Assembly (NCBI GenBank): GCA_018304545.1
Contig: JAGVVZ010000004.1
Coordinates: 9,944-73,943, forward strand
DNA from: Candidatus Aenigmatarchaeota archaeon
GTDB lineage: Archaea; Aenigmatarchaeota; Aenigmatarchaeia; CG10238-14
Direction of reading: 5' to 3'
DNA length: 64,000 nucleotides
In this document: positions 18,574 to 28,958 of the stretch, one piece after another
Layout of the letters: each line of letters opens with the position of its first letter
Numbering within the stretch: the stretch's first letter is position 1
Notes under the pieces: model-generated
The model's input: only the letters and a program-made list of their open reading frames with translations
What the model was told of the DNA's origin: nothing
Database searches by the model: none
Program-made: the position numbers and the translations under genes

Positions 18574-21480
18574 TTGGATAACACATCAGAAATAGAAAAG
18601 AAGATAATGAAATTTTGGAAGGACAATAAAATACCCCTAAAAGCCAAGAATTTAAGGAAAGGAAAGAAAAAGTGGTACTTTTTAGATGGTCCGCCTTATG
18701 CAACGGGTTATATTCATATAGGCACGGCATGGAACAAAATTCTCAAGGATACGTACATTCGTCTCATGAGAATGCGTGGTCATGATGTCTGGGACAGACC
18801 AGGTTATGATACTCACGGCTTGCCGATCGAAAATAAGGTTGAACAAAAACTAGGCTTTAAATCTAAGTCAGATATTGAAAATCTAGGTGTTAAGAAGTTT
18901 AATCAGGAGTGTAGAAATTATGTTACCCAATTTATCGGTATTATGAACGAACAGTTCTGGGATTTGGGGGTGTGGATGAACTGGGACAGTCCGTATCTGA
19001 CACTAAACAATGAATATATTGAAGGTGCGTGGCATACGTTCAAGGTAGGGTTTGAAAAGGGCTTCTTGTATAAGGACGTGTATTCTGTTCATGTCTGCCC
19101 GCACTGCGAAACAAGTGTGGCTTATAACGAGATAGAATACACACAATTGAATGATCCTTCTATATACATTAAATTTCCTGTTAAGGGGAGCGATAATGAA
19201 TACTTTCTGATTTGGACAACAACGCCGTGGACTTTGCCATCGAACACAGGTATTATGGCTAAACCAGATGCTGATTATGCATACGTGCAAGTGGAAGGAG
19301 AAGTTTTGATCATGGCTAACAATCTTGTGGAGAAAGTGATGGAAAAGGTAGGCGCAACAGATTACAGAATTATAAGAACTGTTAAAGGAAGGGATCTGGA
19401 GGGCAAGAAATATACACAGCCGTTATCTGACGTTTTTCTGTTTATCGATTCTTTACAGAATGCCCATAGAGTTGTACTCTCAGATCAGTATGTCACATTA
19501 GAAGAGGGAACGGGGTTAGTTCATACTGCTCCCGGTCATGGCCAGGAGGATTATAAAGTAGGTAAAGAGACAGGCCTCCCAATAGTATCGCCTCTCAAGA
19601 TGAATGGAAGATATGATCAGAAATGTGGAAGATTTAGTGGAATGAAGGCTAAAGAAGCGGATAAAGAGATCATTGACGAATTTAAGGCCAAAGGATTGCT
19701 GTTCCATCAAGAAAGAATAGCACATGATTATCCGCAATGTTGGCGTTGTAGCACGCCTTTATTGTTTATGGCTGTTCCACAATGGTTCTTCAAAGTTACC
19801 AAAATCAGGAATAAGCTCATTGAAGAAAATAAAAAAGTGAAATGGTATCCTGATTGGGCTGGAAAGAGAATGGATAATTGGCTGCAGACATTGGGTGATT
19901 GGCCTATATCTAGGCAGAGATACTGGGGTATACCGTTGCCCATATGGGAATGCGAAAGATGCGGTTTACAGAAAGTAATAGGATCAAAAGAAGAATTGCC
20001 TAAACCGGCGCCCAAAGATTTTCACAGACCGTTTATAGACGAAGTCTTACTGAATTGCAAATGTGGAAATAAGATGAAAAGAATCCCGGATGTTTTGGAT
20101 GTGTGGTTTGATGCTGGATTGGCTGGATGGGCAAGTTTGGAATATCCCACAAATAAAGAAACCTTCAAAAGATTTTGGCCGTCAGACCTGCAGATCGAAG
20201 GGCCTGATCAGATTAGAGGATGGTGGAACGCAGAACTTATAACAAGCGTCATAACATTTGATGAGAAACCATTTCAAAGAATACTTTTTCATGGATTTGT
20301 TTTGGATGCGCATGGAAATAAAATGTCAAAAAGTAAAGGTAATATAGTTGAACCGAAAGACGTTGTTCAGAAATATGGCATAGACACTTTGAGATATTAT
20401 TTGCTCTCTAGCCCCGCTTGGGATGACTTTTACTTCAATTGGACTGATGCTGAAAACGTATCAAAAACATTAAATATACTGAAAAACTCTTTTGAATTTG
20501 TAAAAACATATTTAACAAAAATTCCGTCCAAAAGACCCATACTGAAGATTGAAGATAGGTGGATATTGTCAAAACTTAATTCATTAATTTTGGAGTATGA
20601 TATACAATTTAATGAGTATAATCATCATAAAGTTTTGGAAAAACTATCTGATTTCATTTTAAATGATTTCTCAAGATGGTATATAAAATTAATAAGAGAT
20701 AGAGTTTGGCCAACCTATACGGGAAGCGATAAAGATGCGGCTTACTACACTTTATTCACAATTACTGAAAATTTAGTTAAGATGCTGGCCCCAATAACGC
20801 CGGTCATTGCAGAGCATATATATCAAGAAATCGTCAAACCCGTTAAGAAAAAGATAGAATCTGTTCATATGCTCGACCTCCCAGTAGCAGACAAGAAAAT
20901 GATAAACAAAGATTTGGAAGACCAGATGGAATTAGCAAAACAGATGTTTGAAGCTTGCTCATCTGCAAGGCAAGAAGCGAAAATTAAATTAAAATGGCCA
21001 ATCAAAGCAATGCTCTTACAGACAAATGAGAAAAGAGTTAGACAGACTGTAAAGAGTTTGCAGAAAGTTTTATTGTCAATGTGCAATGTAAAGAAAATAG
21101 AATTTGTCAGAAAATTGCCTAAAGGCAAATTTGTAGAAGGCACGTTTGATAAATATAAACTATACCTGAACCTTATAGAAGATGAAGAAATATATCAAGA
21201 GAGACTTTATAGGGAATTGACCAGAGAGATACAAGAAATGAGAAAGAAAGGTAATTTTATTGTTTCGGATGAAATATTTTTAACTTTAAGATCGGATGAC
21301 GAAACGCAGAAGATTTTAAACAAATATTCTAAAAACTTGCAGTTGGAAGTAGGAGCAAATAAAATCCAAATAGGCGAACTGAAAGGCAAACATGCAGGCG
21401 AACTTAATTTTAATAAAAAGAAAATAAGTATAGCTTTTGATAAGGAAACTCCAGCTAAAAAAGTTGAATCAAAAAAATGA
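18574..21480 (+). CDS. ileS: isoleucyl-tRNA synthetase
   Basis: DGPPYA, HIGT, WTTTPWTLP, GTGLVH.APGHG, WPISRQRYWG, KMSKS. Confidence 0.98.
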   Translation: MDNTSEIEKKIMKFWKDNKIPLKAKNLRKGKKKWYFLDGPPYATGYIHIGTAWNKILKDTYIRLMRMRGHDVWDRPGYDTHGLPIENKVEQKLGFKSKSDIENLGVKKFNQECRNYVTQFIGIMNEQFWDLGVWMNWDSPYLTLNNEYIEGAWHTFKVGFEKGFLYKDVYSVHVCPHCETSVAYNEIEYTQLNDPSIYIKFPVKGSDNEYFLIWTTTPWTLPSNTGIMAKPDADYAYVQVEGEVLIMANNLVEKVMEKVGATDYRIIRTVKGRDLEGKKYTQPLSDVFLFIDSLQNAHRVVLSDQYVTLEEGTGLVHTAPGHGQEDYKVGKETGLPIVSPLKMNGRYDQKCGRFSGMKAKEADKEIIDEFKAKGLLFHQERIAHDYPQCWRCSTPLLFMAVPQWFFKVTKIRNKLIEENKKVKWYPDWAGKRMDNWLQTLGDWPISRQRYWGIPLPIWECERCGLQKVIGSKEELPKPAPKDFHRPFIDEVLLNCKCGNKMKRIPDVLDVWFDAGLAGWASLEYPTNKETFKRFWPSDLQIEGPDQIRGWWNAELITSVITFDEKPFQRILFHGFVLDAHGNKMSKSKGNIVEPKDVVQKYGIDTLRYYLLSSPAWDDFYFNWTDAENVSKTLNILKNSFEFVKTYLTKIPSKRPILKIEDRWILSKLNSLILEYDIQFNEYNHHKVLEKLSDFILNDFSRWYIKLIRDRVWPTYTGSDKDAAYYTLFTITENLVKMLAPITPVIAEHIYQEIVKPVKKKIESVHMLDLPVADKKMINKDLEDQMELAKQMFEACSSARQEAKIKLKWPIKAMLLQTNEKRVRQTVKSLQKVLLSMCNVKKIEFVRKLPKGKFVEGTFDKYKLYLNLIEDEEIYQERLYRELTREIQEMRKKGNFIVSDEIFLTLRSDDETQKILNKYSKNLQLEVGANKIQIGELKGKHAGELNFNKKKISIAFDKETPAKKVESKK

Positions 21481-21744
21481 TTAATCCATCATAGATTTCA
21501 TCATAGGACAATCAGTCATGTGCTCTTTCATCTTATCTCGCATTTCTTTATTATTCATCATTTCTTGCATTCTTTCTATCATTCCGTTATTCATATTCCC
21601 ATTCATTTCGCGCATCATTGAATTCATGTTCATGCTATCGTCATTATCATTCGTGTCAGATTGTGCTATAGCAGATCCTGCAGTTAATAATATTATCAAT
21701 CCGACAGAACCGATCAATAGCAATTCTTCTGTCTTAATTTTCAT
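21481..21744 (-). CDS. secreted Met-rich small protein
   Basis: Signal peptide then MNMNSMMREM...HMTDCPMM. Confidence 0.7.
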   Translation of the reverse strand: MKIKTEELLLIGSVGLIILLTAGSAIAQSDTNDNDDSMNMNSMMREMNGNMNNGMIERMQEMMNNKEMRDKMKEHMTDCPMMKSMMD

Positions 21745-21790
21745 AAAATCACCAAAATTAGATAAGTCAGATAGAATATATTTCTTGCCA

Positions 21791-21805
21791 TTTAAACGGT
21801 TTAAA
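21791..21805. promoter_or_regulatory. palindromic operator candidate TTTAAAC-G-GTTTAAA
   Basis: Perfect 7-1-7 inverted repeat between the wHTH gene and the Met-rich gene. Confidence 0.45.
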
Positions 21806-21830
21806 ACTGTATTTTTCTATCTAAATAAAA

Positions 21831-22367
21831 TTATTTTTTGGATAACCACACTTTATACGTTTTACCCTGTCTTTCTCTTTGTATCAAGTTCATCTTATCA
21901 AGATTAGTTAAGATCGTAGAAACTTTAGCTTTGTTCCATTCAAGTCTAAAACGTAAAGAATCCTGTGTTATTTTTCCAGTTTTTCCTATTTCATCTAGCA
22001 TCCTTTTTTCATCATCAGATAAGCTTTTTCTGACTATTTTGAAAGCCATTTCTCTTATATTATCTTTGAGTTTTAATTTTGGTCTTAGTAAGTATGATAC
22101 TATTACACCTACACCGGCAGCAAATATCATAGAAACTAATGCAAGTGTATTAAAATATGAATTTCCGGACATGCCCTGCATCATTCTCATCATATTGTTT
22201 TCTAAGTAATTTGCTGGCTTGAAGAATATTTTTAAAATAAACATGAAAACAACATAGGAGACAAGTATAACAAAAATTACAAATACGAATTTGGTTATAG
22301 GATCTATTTTTTTCAGGTTCATTTTATCTAAAATATGTTTATAGTTCATATATAAGAAATCCGTCAT
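21831..22367 (-). CDS. membrane-anchored wHTH regulator with Met-rich loop
   Basis: Two TMs, NNMMRMMQGM loop, LSDDE..ITQ..KAKVS..RERQGKT wHTH. Confidence 0.85.
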   Translation of the reverse strand: MTDFLYMNYKHILDKMNLKKIDPITKFVFVIFVILVSYVVFMFILKIFFKPANYLENNMMRMMQGMSGNSYFNTLALVSMIFAAGVGVIVSYLLRPKLKLKDNIREMAFKIVRKSLSDDEKRMLDEIGKTGKITQDSLRFRLEWNKAKVSTILTNLDKMNLIQRERQGKTYKVWLSKK

Positions 22368-22420
22368 TATCTGATATACCAGCAGAACATTTAATAATAT
22401 AGACTTCCAGATAATTTGTT

Positions 22421-22855
22421 ATGAATATGCAAGTAAAGGATGTGATGAAGACCCAAGTTGTTATAGCTAGACCAGATGCAAATATAAGAGAAGCTGCAAA
22501 AATAATGACAGATTTGGATATAGGATGTTTAGTAGTTTTAGATAAAGATAAAATAGTTGGCATATTGTCTGAAACTGATGTTTTAAAAAAAATTGTAGCT
22601 CAAGGAGCTGATCCAGAAAAAACAAAGGTAGAAGATATAATGACTAAGGATGTAGTGACGATAGATATGGATAAAAATATAGAAGATGTTGCGGAAATGA
22701 TGGTTGAGAAGAAATTAAAAAGATTGCCTGTCGTAAACGATGGCAAATTGGTTGGCATAATAACAGCTACAGATCTTATTTCTTATGAACCAAAAATGAT
22801 AGAAGCTTTAAGTCAGTTATTCATGTTAAAACAACAGCAAACAGTAGCGGGATAA
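22421..22855 (+). CDS. CBS domain pair protein
   Basis: VKDVM...VGILSETD; KVEDIM...RLPVV..LVGIIT. Confidence 0.93.
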   Translation: MNMQVKDVMKTQVVIARPDANIREAAKIMTDLDIGCLVVLDKDKIVGILSETDVLKKIVAQGADPEKTKVEDIMTKDVVTIDMDKNIEDVAEMMVEKKLKRLPVVNDGKLVGIITATDLISYEPKMIEALSQLFMLKQQQTVAG

Positions 22856-22885
22856 GCTTTTATTTGTTTCCATGTAAATTATTTT

Positions 22886-23068
22886 ATGAGTAATAATTAT
22901 AGGGGAACTATAGGAGATCAACAAGCAAGAATGGGAGCATACTCAAATAGAATATCAGGGAACCCAATACTGAGTGCTTGGTATAATAGTTCAACTTATG
23001 CAAAAATAGGTTTGATATTATCAGGTTTGACAGCTGGTTCTTTAGTGCTTTATGTATTTATTAAATAA
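22886..23068 (+). CDS. small hypothetical protein with C-terminal TM
   Basis: 60-aa ORF. Confidence 0.4.
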   Translation: MSNNYRGTIGDQQARMGAYSNRISGNPILSAWYNSSTYAKIGLILSGLTAGSLVLYVFIK

Positions 23069-23135
23069 ATTTATTTTCTTGTTATTTATACAGTTTATTA
23101 AAAGACAAATTAGATAAATTATAATACGTGATTTT

Positions 23136-25481
23136 ATGTCTATAGATAAAAAGCAAGTGATGAAGAAATTCCAGCAAAATCCAGACAGATATTGGAGAGT
23201 AAAATTATTTGAAGAGAAGGGATTTGTTAGAAAACAATGCAAAAACTGTGGTAAATTTTTTTGGACATTAACACCTGATAAAGAATTGTGTCAGGATCAA
23301 CCATGCCAAACCTATCAGTTTATAGGTGATCCTCCAACAAACAAAAAATTAAGTTACATGGATACGTGGAAAACTGTTGAAAAATTTTTTGTAAAAAAAG
23401 GTCATGCATCTGTCAGGAGATATCCCGTTGTTTGTAGATGGTACCCTCTATTTTTCAACATTGCTTCTATAATAGATTTCTATAGAATAGAAAATGGTAA
23501 TCTGAGTTTTGAATTTCCATCAAATCCGTTAATAGTCCCGCAATTTTGTTTGAGATTCAATGATATACCCAATGTTGGCATTACTGGCAAACATTCAACA
23601 TGCTTTTGCATGATAGGTCAACATAGTCTCTATGATGGTAAAAATGGATACTGGAAAGATAGATGCATAGAATTGGATTTTGACTTGTTGACAAAAGAAT
23701 TTGGGATAAAGAATGACGAAATAATTTTTATTGAAGATATGTGGCTAGGTCCAGCTGCTTTTGGTACATCTTTAGAATATTTTGTCAGAGGATTAGAAGT
23801 CGGTAACGCGGTTTTTACAGAATTCAACGGAACTCCAGATAATTATACTGAAATGAAAGAAAAGGTTATTGATATGGGAGCAGGCTTGGAAAGATTAGCA
23901 TGGATAACTAACGGTACTCCAACACAATATGATGTGGTTTTTGAACCTGTAGTCAAACATTTGATAAATGAATTAAACATAAATCCGGATTGGGAGTTTT
24001 TCAGTAAATATGCAAAGCTTGCGGGCAATCTAAATTTAGATGAAGTAAAGGATATTAAAAAAGCAAGAGATCTGATAGCAAAGCAACTAAACGTCTCTGT
24101 TGATGTTTTGAATCAAAAAGTAAAACCGATGGAGGCAATATACGCAATAGCTGATCACACAATGGCATTAACATTTGCAATATCCGATGGAGCACTACCT
24201 TCTAATGTTGGTGGTGGATATAATCTTCGCGTTATATTAAGGAGAGCTTTCAGCTTCATAGATGAAAACAAGTGGGCATTGGACTTAACAAAAATTTGTG
24301 AGTTACATGCTAAACATTTAAAATATGTCGCACCTGAACTAGTGAATCATATTGATGATATAAACAAGATACTAGATGTAGAAAGAAAAAGATTCAGTAA
24401 TACTAAACAAAGAACCCAAAGAATAGTTGAAGATATTGTCCAAAAAGGTGAAAATATTGATGAAAACAAATTGATTGAGTTGTACGATTCTGATGGGATA
24501 ACACCTGAATTAATAAGAGAATATAATCCTGACATTAAGGTACCGTCTGATTTTTATATTAAAGTTACAAGCAAACACATGAAAGAAGATAAATTTGAAA
24601 AACAGACAGTAGATGTTTCTGGCTTGCCGCAAACACCATTATTATTTTACGATGATCAAAACAAATTTGAATTTAGTGCAAAAATTTTGAAATTTGTAGA
24701 TAATCAGTGGATAGTTCTTGATAAAACATATTTTTATCCTGAAGGAGGAGGGCAAAAATCAGACATGGGATTCATTGGGTCAAATCCAGTTATGGACATA
24801 CAAAAAATAGGAAATGTTGTGTTGCATAAAATAGTTGGCAGCGTAAAAGAAGGAGAAGATGTAAGCTGCAGAATAAATAAAGCTAGAAGAGAAATTCTGA
24901 TGAGGCATCATACAGCAACACACATTATTAACGCAGCTTCCAGATTTGTTCTAGGTTCTCATATATGGCAGCATTCAACAGAAAAAAACACAGATAAGGC
25001 AAGACTGGACATAACACATTACGACAATCTAACAGAACAAGAAATTGAGAAAATAGAGGAGAAAGCGAACGAAATCATGCTGAAAAATTATTCAGTTAAG
25101 ATTGAATGGTTACCTAGAGTCGAGGCAGAGAAGAGATATGGGTTTGGAATCTATCAAGGCGGGGCTGCCCCTAATAAAAATATTAGAGTTGTTTCTATAG
25201 GGAAAGATATAGACGTGGAAGCATGCGGTGGGACACATGTTGAAAAAACTAAAGACGTCGGCTTCATATTAATATTAAGAACGAAACGAATACAAGACGG
25301 GATAGTGAGATTGGAATATTGTTCTGGAGATGTAGCAGAGAAATATTTGAAAGAAAAATCAGATATATTAAAAGAAGCTGCCGATCTGTTAAAAACAAGT
25401 GAAGATAATGTTGCTCATAATGCTTTAGAATTGTTTGAAAAATGGAAAGAAAGAAAGAAAGAATTAAAGAAGATGAAATAA
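23136..25481 (+). CDS. alaS: alanyl-tRNA synthetase lacking the globular C-Ala domain
   Basis: N-terminal CxxC, IDMGAGLER, IADH, GGGYNLR, editing HTATH/CGGTH; ends at 781 aa after a helical segment. Confidence 0.97.
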   Translation: MSIDKKQVMKKFQQNPDRYWRVKLFEEKGFVRKQCKNCGKFFWTLTPDKELCQDQPCQTYQFIGDPPTNKKLSYMDTWKTVEKFFVKKGHASVRRYPVVCRWYPLFFNIASIIDFYRIENGNLSFEFPSNPLIVPQFCLRFNDIPNVGITGKHSTCFCMIGQHSLYDGKNGYWKDRCIELDFDLLTKEFGIKNDEIIFIEDMWLGPAAFGTSLEYFVRGLEVGNAVFTEFNGTPDNYTEMKEKVIDMGAGLERLAWITNGTPTQYDVVFEPVVKHLINELNINPDWEFFSKYAKLAGNLNLDEVKDIKKARDLIAKQLNVSVDVLNQKVKPMEAIYAIADHTMALTFAISDGALPSNVGGGYNLRVILRRAFSFIDENKWALDLTKICELHAKHLKYVAPELVNHIDDINKILDVERKRFSNTKQRTQRIVEDIVQKGENIDENKLIELYDSDGITPELIREYNPDIKVPSDFYIKVTSKHMKEDKFEKQTVDVSGLPQTPLLFYDDQNKFEFSAKILKFVDNQWIVLDKTYFYPEGGGQKSDMGFIGSNPVMDIQKIGNVVLHKIVGSVKEGEDVSCRINKARREILMRHHTATHIINAASRFVLGSHIWQHSTEKNTDKARLDITHYDNLTEQEIEKIEEKANEIMLKNYSVKIEWLPRVEAEKRYGFGIYQGGAAPNKNIRVVSIGKDIDVEACGGTHVEKTKDVGFILILRTKRIQDGIVRLEYCSGDVAEKYLKEKSDILKEAADLLKTSEDNVAHNALELFEKWKERKKELKKMK

Positions 25482-26429
25482 ATGATTCAAATTCAGAAAC
25501 TAATAAAAGGATCTGACAATGCAGTAGTTAATTGCATGGGAGTAAAACAAAACGAACATGTGCTTATTTTAACAGATAAAAACATGCCAGAACAAATAGC
25601 AGAAGCTTTGAAAAAATCGTGTCTAAAAGTAAAGGCAAAACCCGACATTGTATTTATGGAACCATTAAAACAGGATGCAGAAGAACCAAGAGTCGATATC
25701 ACAAAATTGATGATGGAATATGATGTTTATTTTTTTGCGACTTCCAAATCTTTGTCTCATACAAAAGCAAGACGAAACGCCAGTAAAGCCGGTATAAGAG
25801 GGGCGTCCATGCCCCATGTGTTAATAGAATCTTTCACAAGAGGCGGCCTGACCGCTGATTATAATATTGTGAAAAAAAATTGCGAAGGAATGAATAAGAA
25901 AATATCAAATGCAAAAATATTGAATATAACATCTAAAAACGGCACAAATCTAACACTGAATATTGGTAATTATAAATGGGATATGGACACTGGAATATTT
26001 CATGAATGTGGTGATTTTGGAAATTTGCCTGCTGGTGAAACAGAAACTGCGCCAAATTATGGCGAATCTAATGGTATACTGATAATAGATAAATGGGGGA
26101 GATACGGAAACAATATAAAAGTGTTGATTAAAGACGGCTTCGCTATAGAAATAAACGGATCTGAATCTTTAGAAAATGATGTAAATGCTGTTGGGAAATT
26201 TGGCAGAAATATTGCTGAAATCGGTATAGGATGCAATCCCAAAGCATTGCTTATAGGAAATATTTTGGAGGATGAAAAAGTGTTTGGTACAGTGCACATT
26301 GCGTTAGGTAATAACGTGTCATATGGTGGTGATGTAGATGTTCCACTCCATTTAGACGGTATTATTGCTAAACCAACACTGAAAGCCGATAATAAATTTT
26401 TGATTCAAGACGGTAAATGGGTAATTTAA
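25482..26429 (+). CDS. M29-like (thermophilic metalloprotease) aminopeptidase
   Basis: GNLPAGE, IAEIGIG.NP, EDEKVFGTVHIALG, HLD. Confidence 0.88.
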   Translation: MIQIQKLIKGSDNAVVNCMGVKQNEHVLILTDKNMPEQIAEALKKSCLKVKAKPDIVFMEPLKQDAEEPRVDITKLMMEYDVYFFATSKSLSHTKARRNASKAGIRGASMPHVLIESFTRGGLTADYNIVKKNCEGMNKKISNAKILNITSKNGTNLTLNIGNYKWDMDTGIFHECGDFGNLPAGETETAPNYGESNGILIIDKWGRYGNNIKVLIKDGFAIEINGSESLENDVNAVGKFGRNIAEIGIGCNPKALLIGNILEDEKVFGTVHIALGNNVSYGGDVDVPLHLDGIIAKPTLKADNKFLIQDGKWVI

Positions 26430-26460
26430 ACCATAAATAAGAAAAATAGCAATATTAACA

Positions 26461-26952
26461 TTGAACTCATATGATGATATCATGAATGACAATATAATAA
26501 GAGTCGTTAAAAAATTAAAAAAATTAAATATTCCTTATAGAATTATTGAACTTGGCGGAACTGGAAGAACATCACAAGATGTAGCTAGATTAACAAATAT
26601 CAATCTAAGAGAAGTTTGTAAAACGCTTATAGTGAGGGCTGATAACGATACTATGGCTGTGGTTATATTGCCCGGGCCATTCAAAATAGACAATAAAAAA
26701 CTGAAAGAATTGTTAAAAACCAAAAACACGAGATTTCTTAATGAGGATGAATTAAAACAGAACACGCCGTTTTCTCCCGGCGAAGTTTGTCCAATAATTA
26801 TTGAAAAAATTCCTATATACATTGATAAAAGAGTTTTCGATACTAAAAAAGTAAATTTTGGGTCGGGTGATCTTTATTTTGGGATCGAAATAAATTCTAA
26901 TGATATAAATAAATGCATAAAAGGAGAGGTTGTTGATATAGCTGTTGAGTAA
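26461..26952 (+). CDS. YbaK/ProX aminoacyl-tRNA deacylase
   Basis: VCKTLIV with conserved Lys, PGEVCP, FGSG. Confidence 0.88.
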   Translation: MNSYDDIMNDNIIRVVKKLKKLNIPYRIIELGGTGRTSQDVARLTNINLREVCKTLIVRADNDTMAVVILPGPFKIDNKKLKELLKTKNTRFLNEDELKQNTPFSPGEVCPIIIEKIPIYIDKRVFDTKKVNFGSGDLYFGIEINSNDINKCIKGEVVDIAVE

Positions 26953-26953
26953 T

Positions 26954-27907
26954 ATGAAGAAACTGCCAAAAAAATATATAGTTGTATTAGGAGCAATAAA
27001 TTTAGATATTGTGACAAAGGTACCAAGAATACCTAAAGAAAATGAAACAGTGATAAGCGAAGGCCTAAAATTCATTCCTGGAGGTAAAGCTACGAACGCT
27101 GCAGTAACCATGTCAAGACTAGAAGGTAATGCTATACTACTAGGAAAAATAGGTGATGATTCTTTTGGAAAAGAAGTTAAGAAACTGTTGAACGGTGACG
27201 GTATAAACACAGATTTTATTGACATAGATTCGTTTTCTCCAACCGGAACTGTCATCGTCAGCGTAAATCATAAGGGAAAAAATACGATAATAGTGAATGA
27301 AAACGCAAATATTCGAATAACTAAAGATCATATTTCTGATTTTCTGAGAAAGGTTGACAGAAATTTGATAAAGGTTGACTTATTTTATACAACACTAGAA
27401 CCACTACTTGAAATAATAGAATTTGCTATAACGGAATTCAACAAAAGAAATATACCAATTTTTTGTGATGCCGCACCACAAGCAAGGCCTCTTCCAGAAA
27501 ATTTTTATAGGCATATAGATTTTTTATCGTCTAATGAATATGAAATGTCGGCTATGACTGGAATTAACGTAACTGATGTTGAAACTGCAGAATATGCTGC
27601 AAAGCAACTAGTGAAAAAAGGTGCGAATAATATTATTGTAACTTTAGGAAAATTAGGTGCTATTTACCTCAAAAAAAATTCAACTAAATCTACATATTTT
27701 CCAGGTAACAAAGTTAAAGCTATTGACGAAACTGCTGCCGGAGATGCTTTTAGAGGAGCTTTTGTTGTAGAATATTTAAAAACGAGAGATTTGCACAAAT
27801 CAATGGAGTTTGCCAACAGAGCTGGTGCTTTTGCTACAACAAAATTAGGAACCTATAATGCAATGCCAACAAGAAAGGAATTGGATTTCTTAGAAATTTT
27901 AAAATGA
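26954..27907 (+). CDS. rbsK: ribokinase (PfkB family)
   Basis: PGGKATN, GKIGDDSFG, NEYE, VTLG..GA, DETAAGDAF. Confidence 0.9.
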   Translation: MKKLPKKYIVVLGAINLDIVTKVPRIPKENETVISEGLKFIPGGKATNAAVTMSRLEGNAILLGKIGDDSFGKEVKKLLNGDGINTDFIDIDSFSPTGTVIVSVNHKGKNTIIVNENANIRITKDHISDFLRKVDRNLIKVDLFYTTLEPLLEIIEFAITEFNKRNIPIFCDAAPQARPLPENFYRHIDFLSSNEYEMSAMTGINVTDVETAEYAAKQLVKKGANNIIVTLGKLGAIYLKKNSTKSTYFPGNKVKAIDETAAGDAFRGAFVVEYLKTRDLHKSMEFANRAGAFATTKLGTYNAMPTRKELDFLEILK

Positions 27908-28000
27908 TTTATTATGAAACTCATATCACTCTAACTTTTCCTGTACAACAAGCTTAAAAGTTTTCAAACTATTAATTTGATAAAACTTTGATACAAATAA

Positions 28001-28318
28001 AGTGGTTATGATGCCAATCCAATTCAAAAGCCTCTTGTAAATAAGAAAGAGATAATATCTATTCCTGAGTCTGAACTTGTTGAATGTATTAGAAAGTTAC
28101 TTGAAAACAGACTAACAAAAAAACAAAGAAATATATTACAATATTTAAACGAGAATAGAGATGAAAGCGTAACAAGAAGCGTAAAAAATATTTCTTACTT
28201 GCTTAATTGTTCTCAATCATGTATTTGGAACAATATAAATTCCTTGAAAAAATGTGGATTAATTGAGGTAAACGGTTATGTAAGATTATCAAAAATTTTT
28301 AAAGTTCTTATCAGGTGA
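28001..28318 (+). CDS. wHTH regulator with no ATG/GTG/TTG start near its N-terminus
   Basis: Not in ORF track; open frame ...RLTKKQRNILQYL...SVTRSVKNISYLLNCSQSCIWNNINSLKKCGLIE; paralog-like to 28644. Confidence 0.7.
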   Translation, partial: SGYDANPIQKPLVNKKEIISIPESELVECIRKLLENRLTKKQRNILQYLNENRDESVTRSVKNISYLLNCSQSCIWNNINSLKKCGLIEVNGYVRLSKIFKVLIR

Positions 28319-28533
28319 TTCTATTGAGTTTCATTCTTATATGCAGAGAAATAACAGAAGCATATAATCAAGTTGGGATATCGCCTGATGGAAAATTTCA
28401 TCTTGATGTATATAGACTCCTTAAAGGATATGCGAGAGAACTTTATTCTGGTTTTCCACCGTCAGATATGGATCTAAAAAGTGGTGTGGAACAATGTCCG
28501 GGTAATGCGCCGGCATATTTGGTTTATGATTAA
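28315..28533 (+). CDS. orphan hypothetical protein
   Basis: 72-aa ORF overlapping the wHTH stop. Confidence 0.45.
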   Translation: MILLSFILICREITEAYNQVGISPDGKFHLDVYRLLKGYARELYSGFPPSDMDLKSGVEQCPGNAPAYLVYD

Positions 28534-28643
28534 TTTAATATAAAAATTGAATAATTACAATAGATACGTTAACATGTCCAATAGGTTTATATAGTATTCT
28601 TCTATAATAATATCTCTGTGAAAGTGATGCCGATCCAATATGT

Positions 28644-28958
28644 TTGTCAGATCGAAACAGGGAAGACCTGAGGAAAGTATTGGTTAGAGCACTCAATAAA
28701 AATCAGATTCTGATTCTTCAGAGCATTGATCATAATCCTATTTCTCTAAGTTTTGTATTAGCGTCAATATCAAAAGATTTCAATATACCTCTTTCTACTT
28801 TAAAGTTAAACGCACGTATACTGAGAAATTTAAGATTAATTGATTTTGGTAATTCTTCTGATTTTAAAAAGCCATTTGTGACTGAAATGGGAAAGTTGAT
28901 AATTGGTTTAATTTCCACAAATAGGAGTGATACTAATGACGAACGAACAATCAGATAA
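28644..28958 (+). CDS. wHTH regulator
   Basis: LNKNQILIL...ISKDFNIPLSTLKLNARILRNLRLI...VTEMG. Confidence 0.8.
   Translation: MSDRNREDLRKVLVRALNKNQILILQSIDHNPISLSFVLASISKDFNIPLSTLKLNARILRNLRLIDFGNSSDFKKPFVTEMGKLIIGLISTNRSDTNDERTIR

Noticed and set aside
27988-28011. TTG-started MIQIKWL uORF giving a second +1 shift at TGG into the 28001 wHTH
   Set aside because: Weak start and no re-pairing site; the MPIQ frame has better support. Cannot be excluded.
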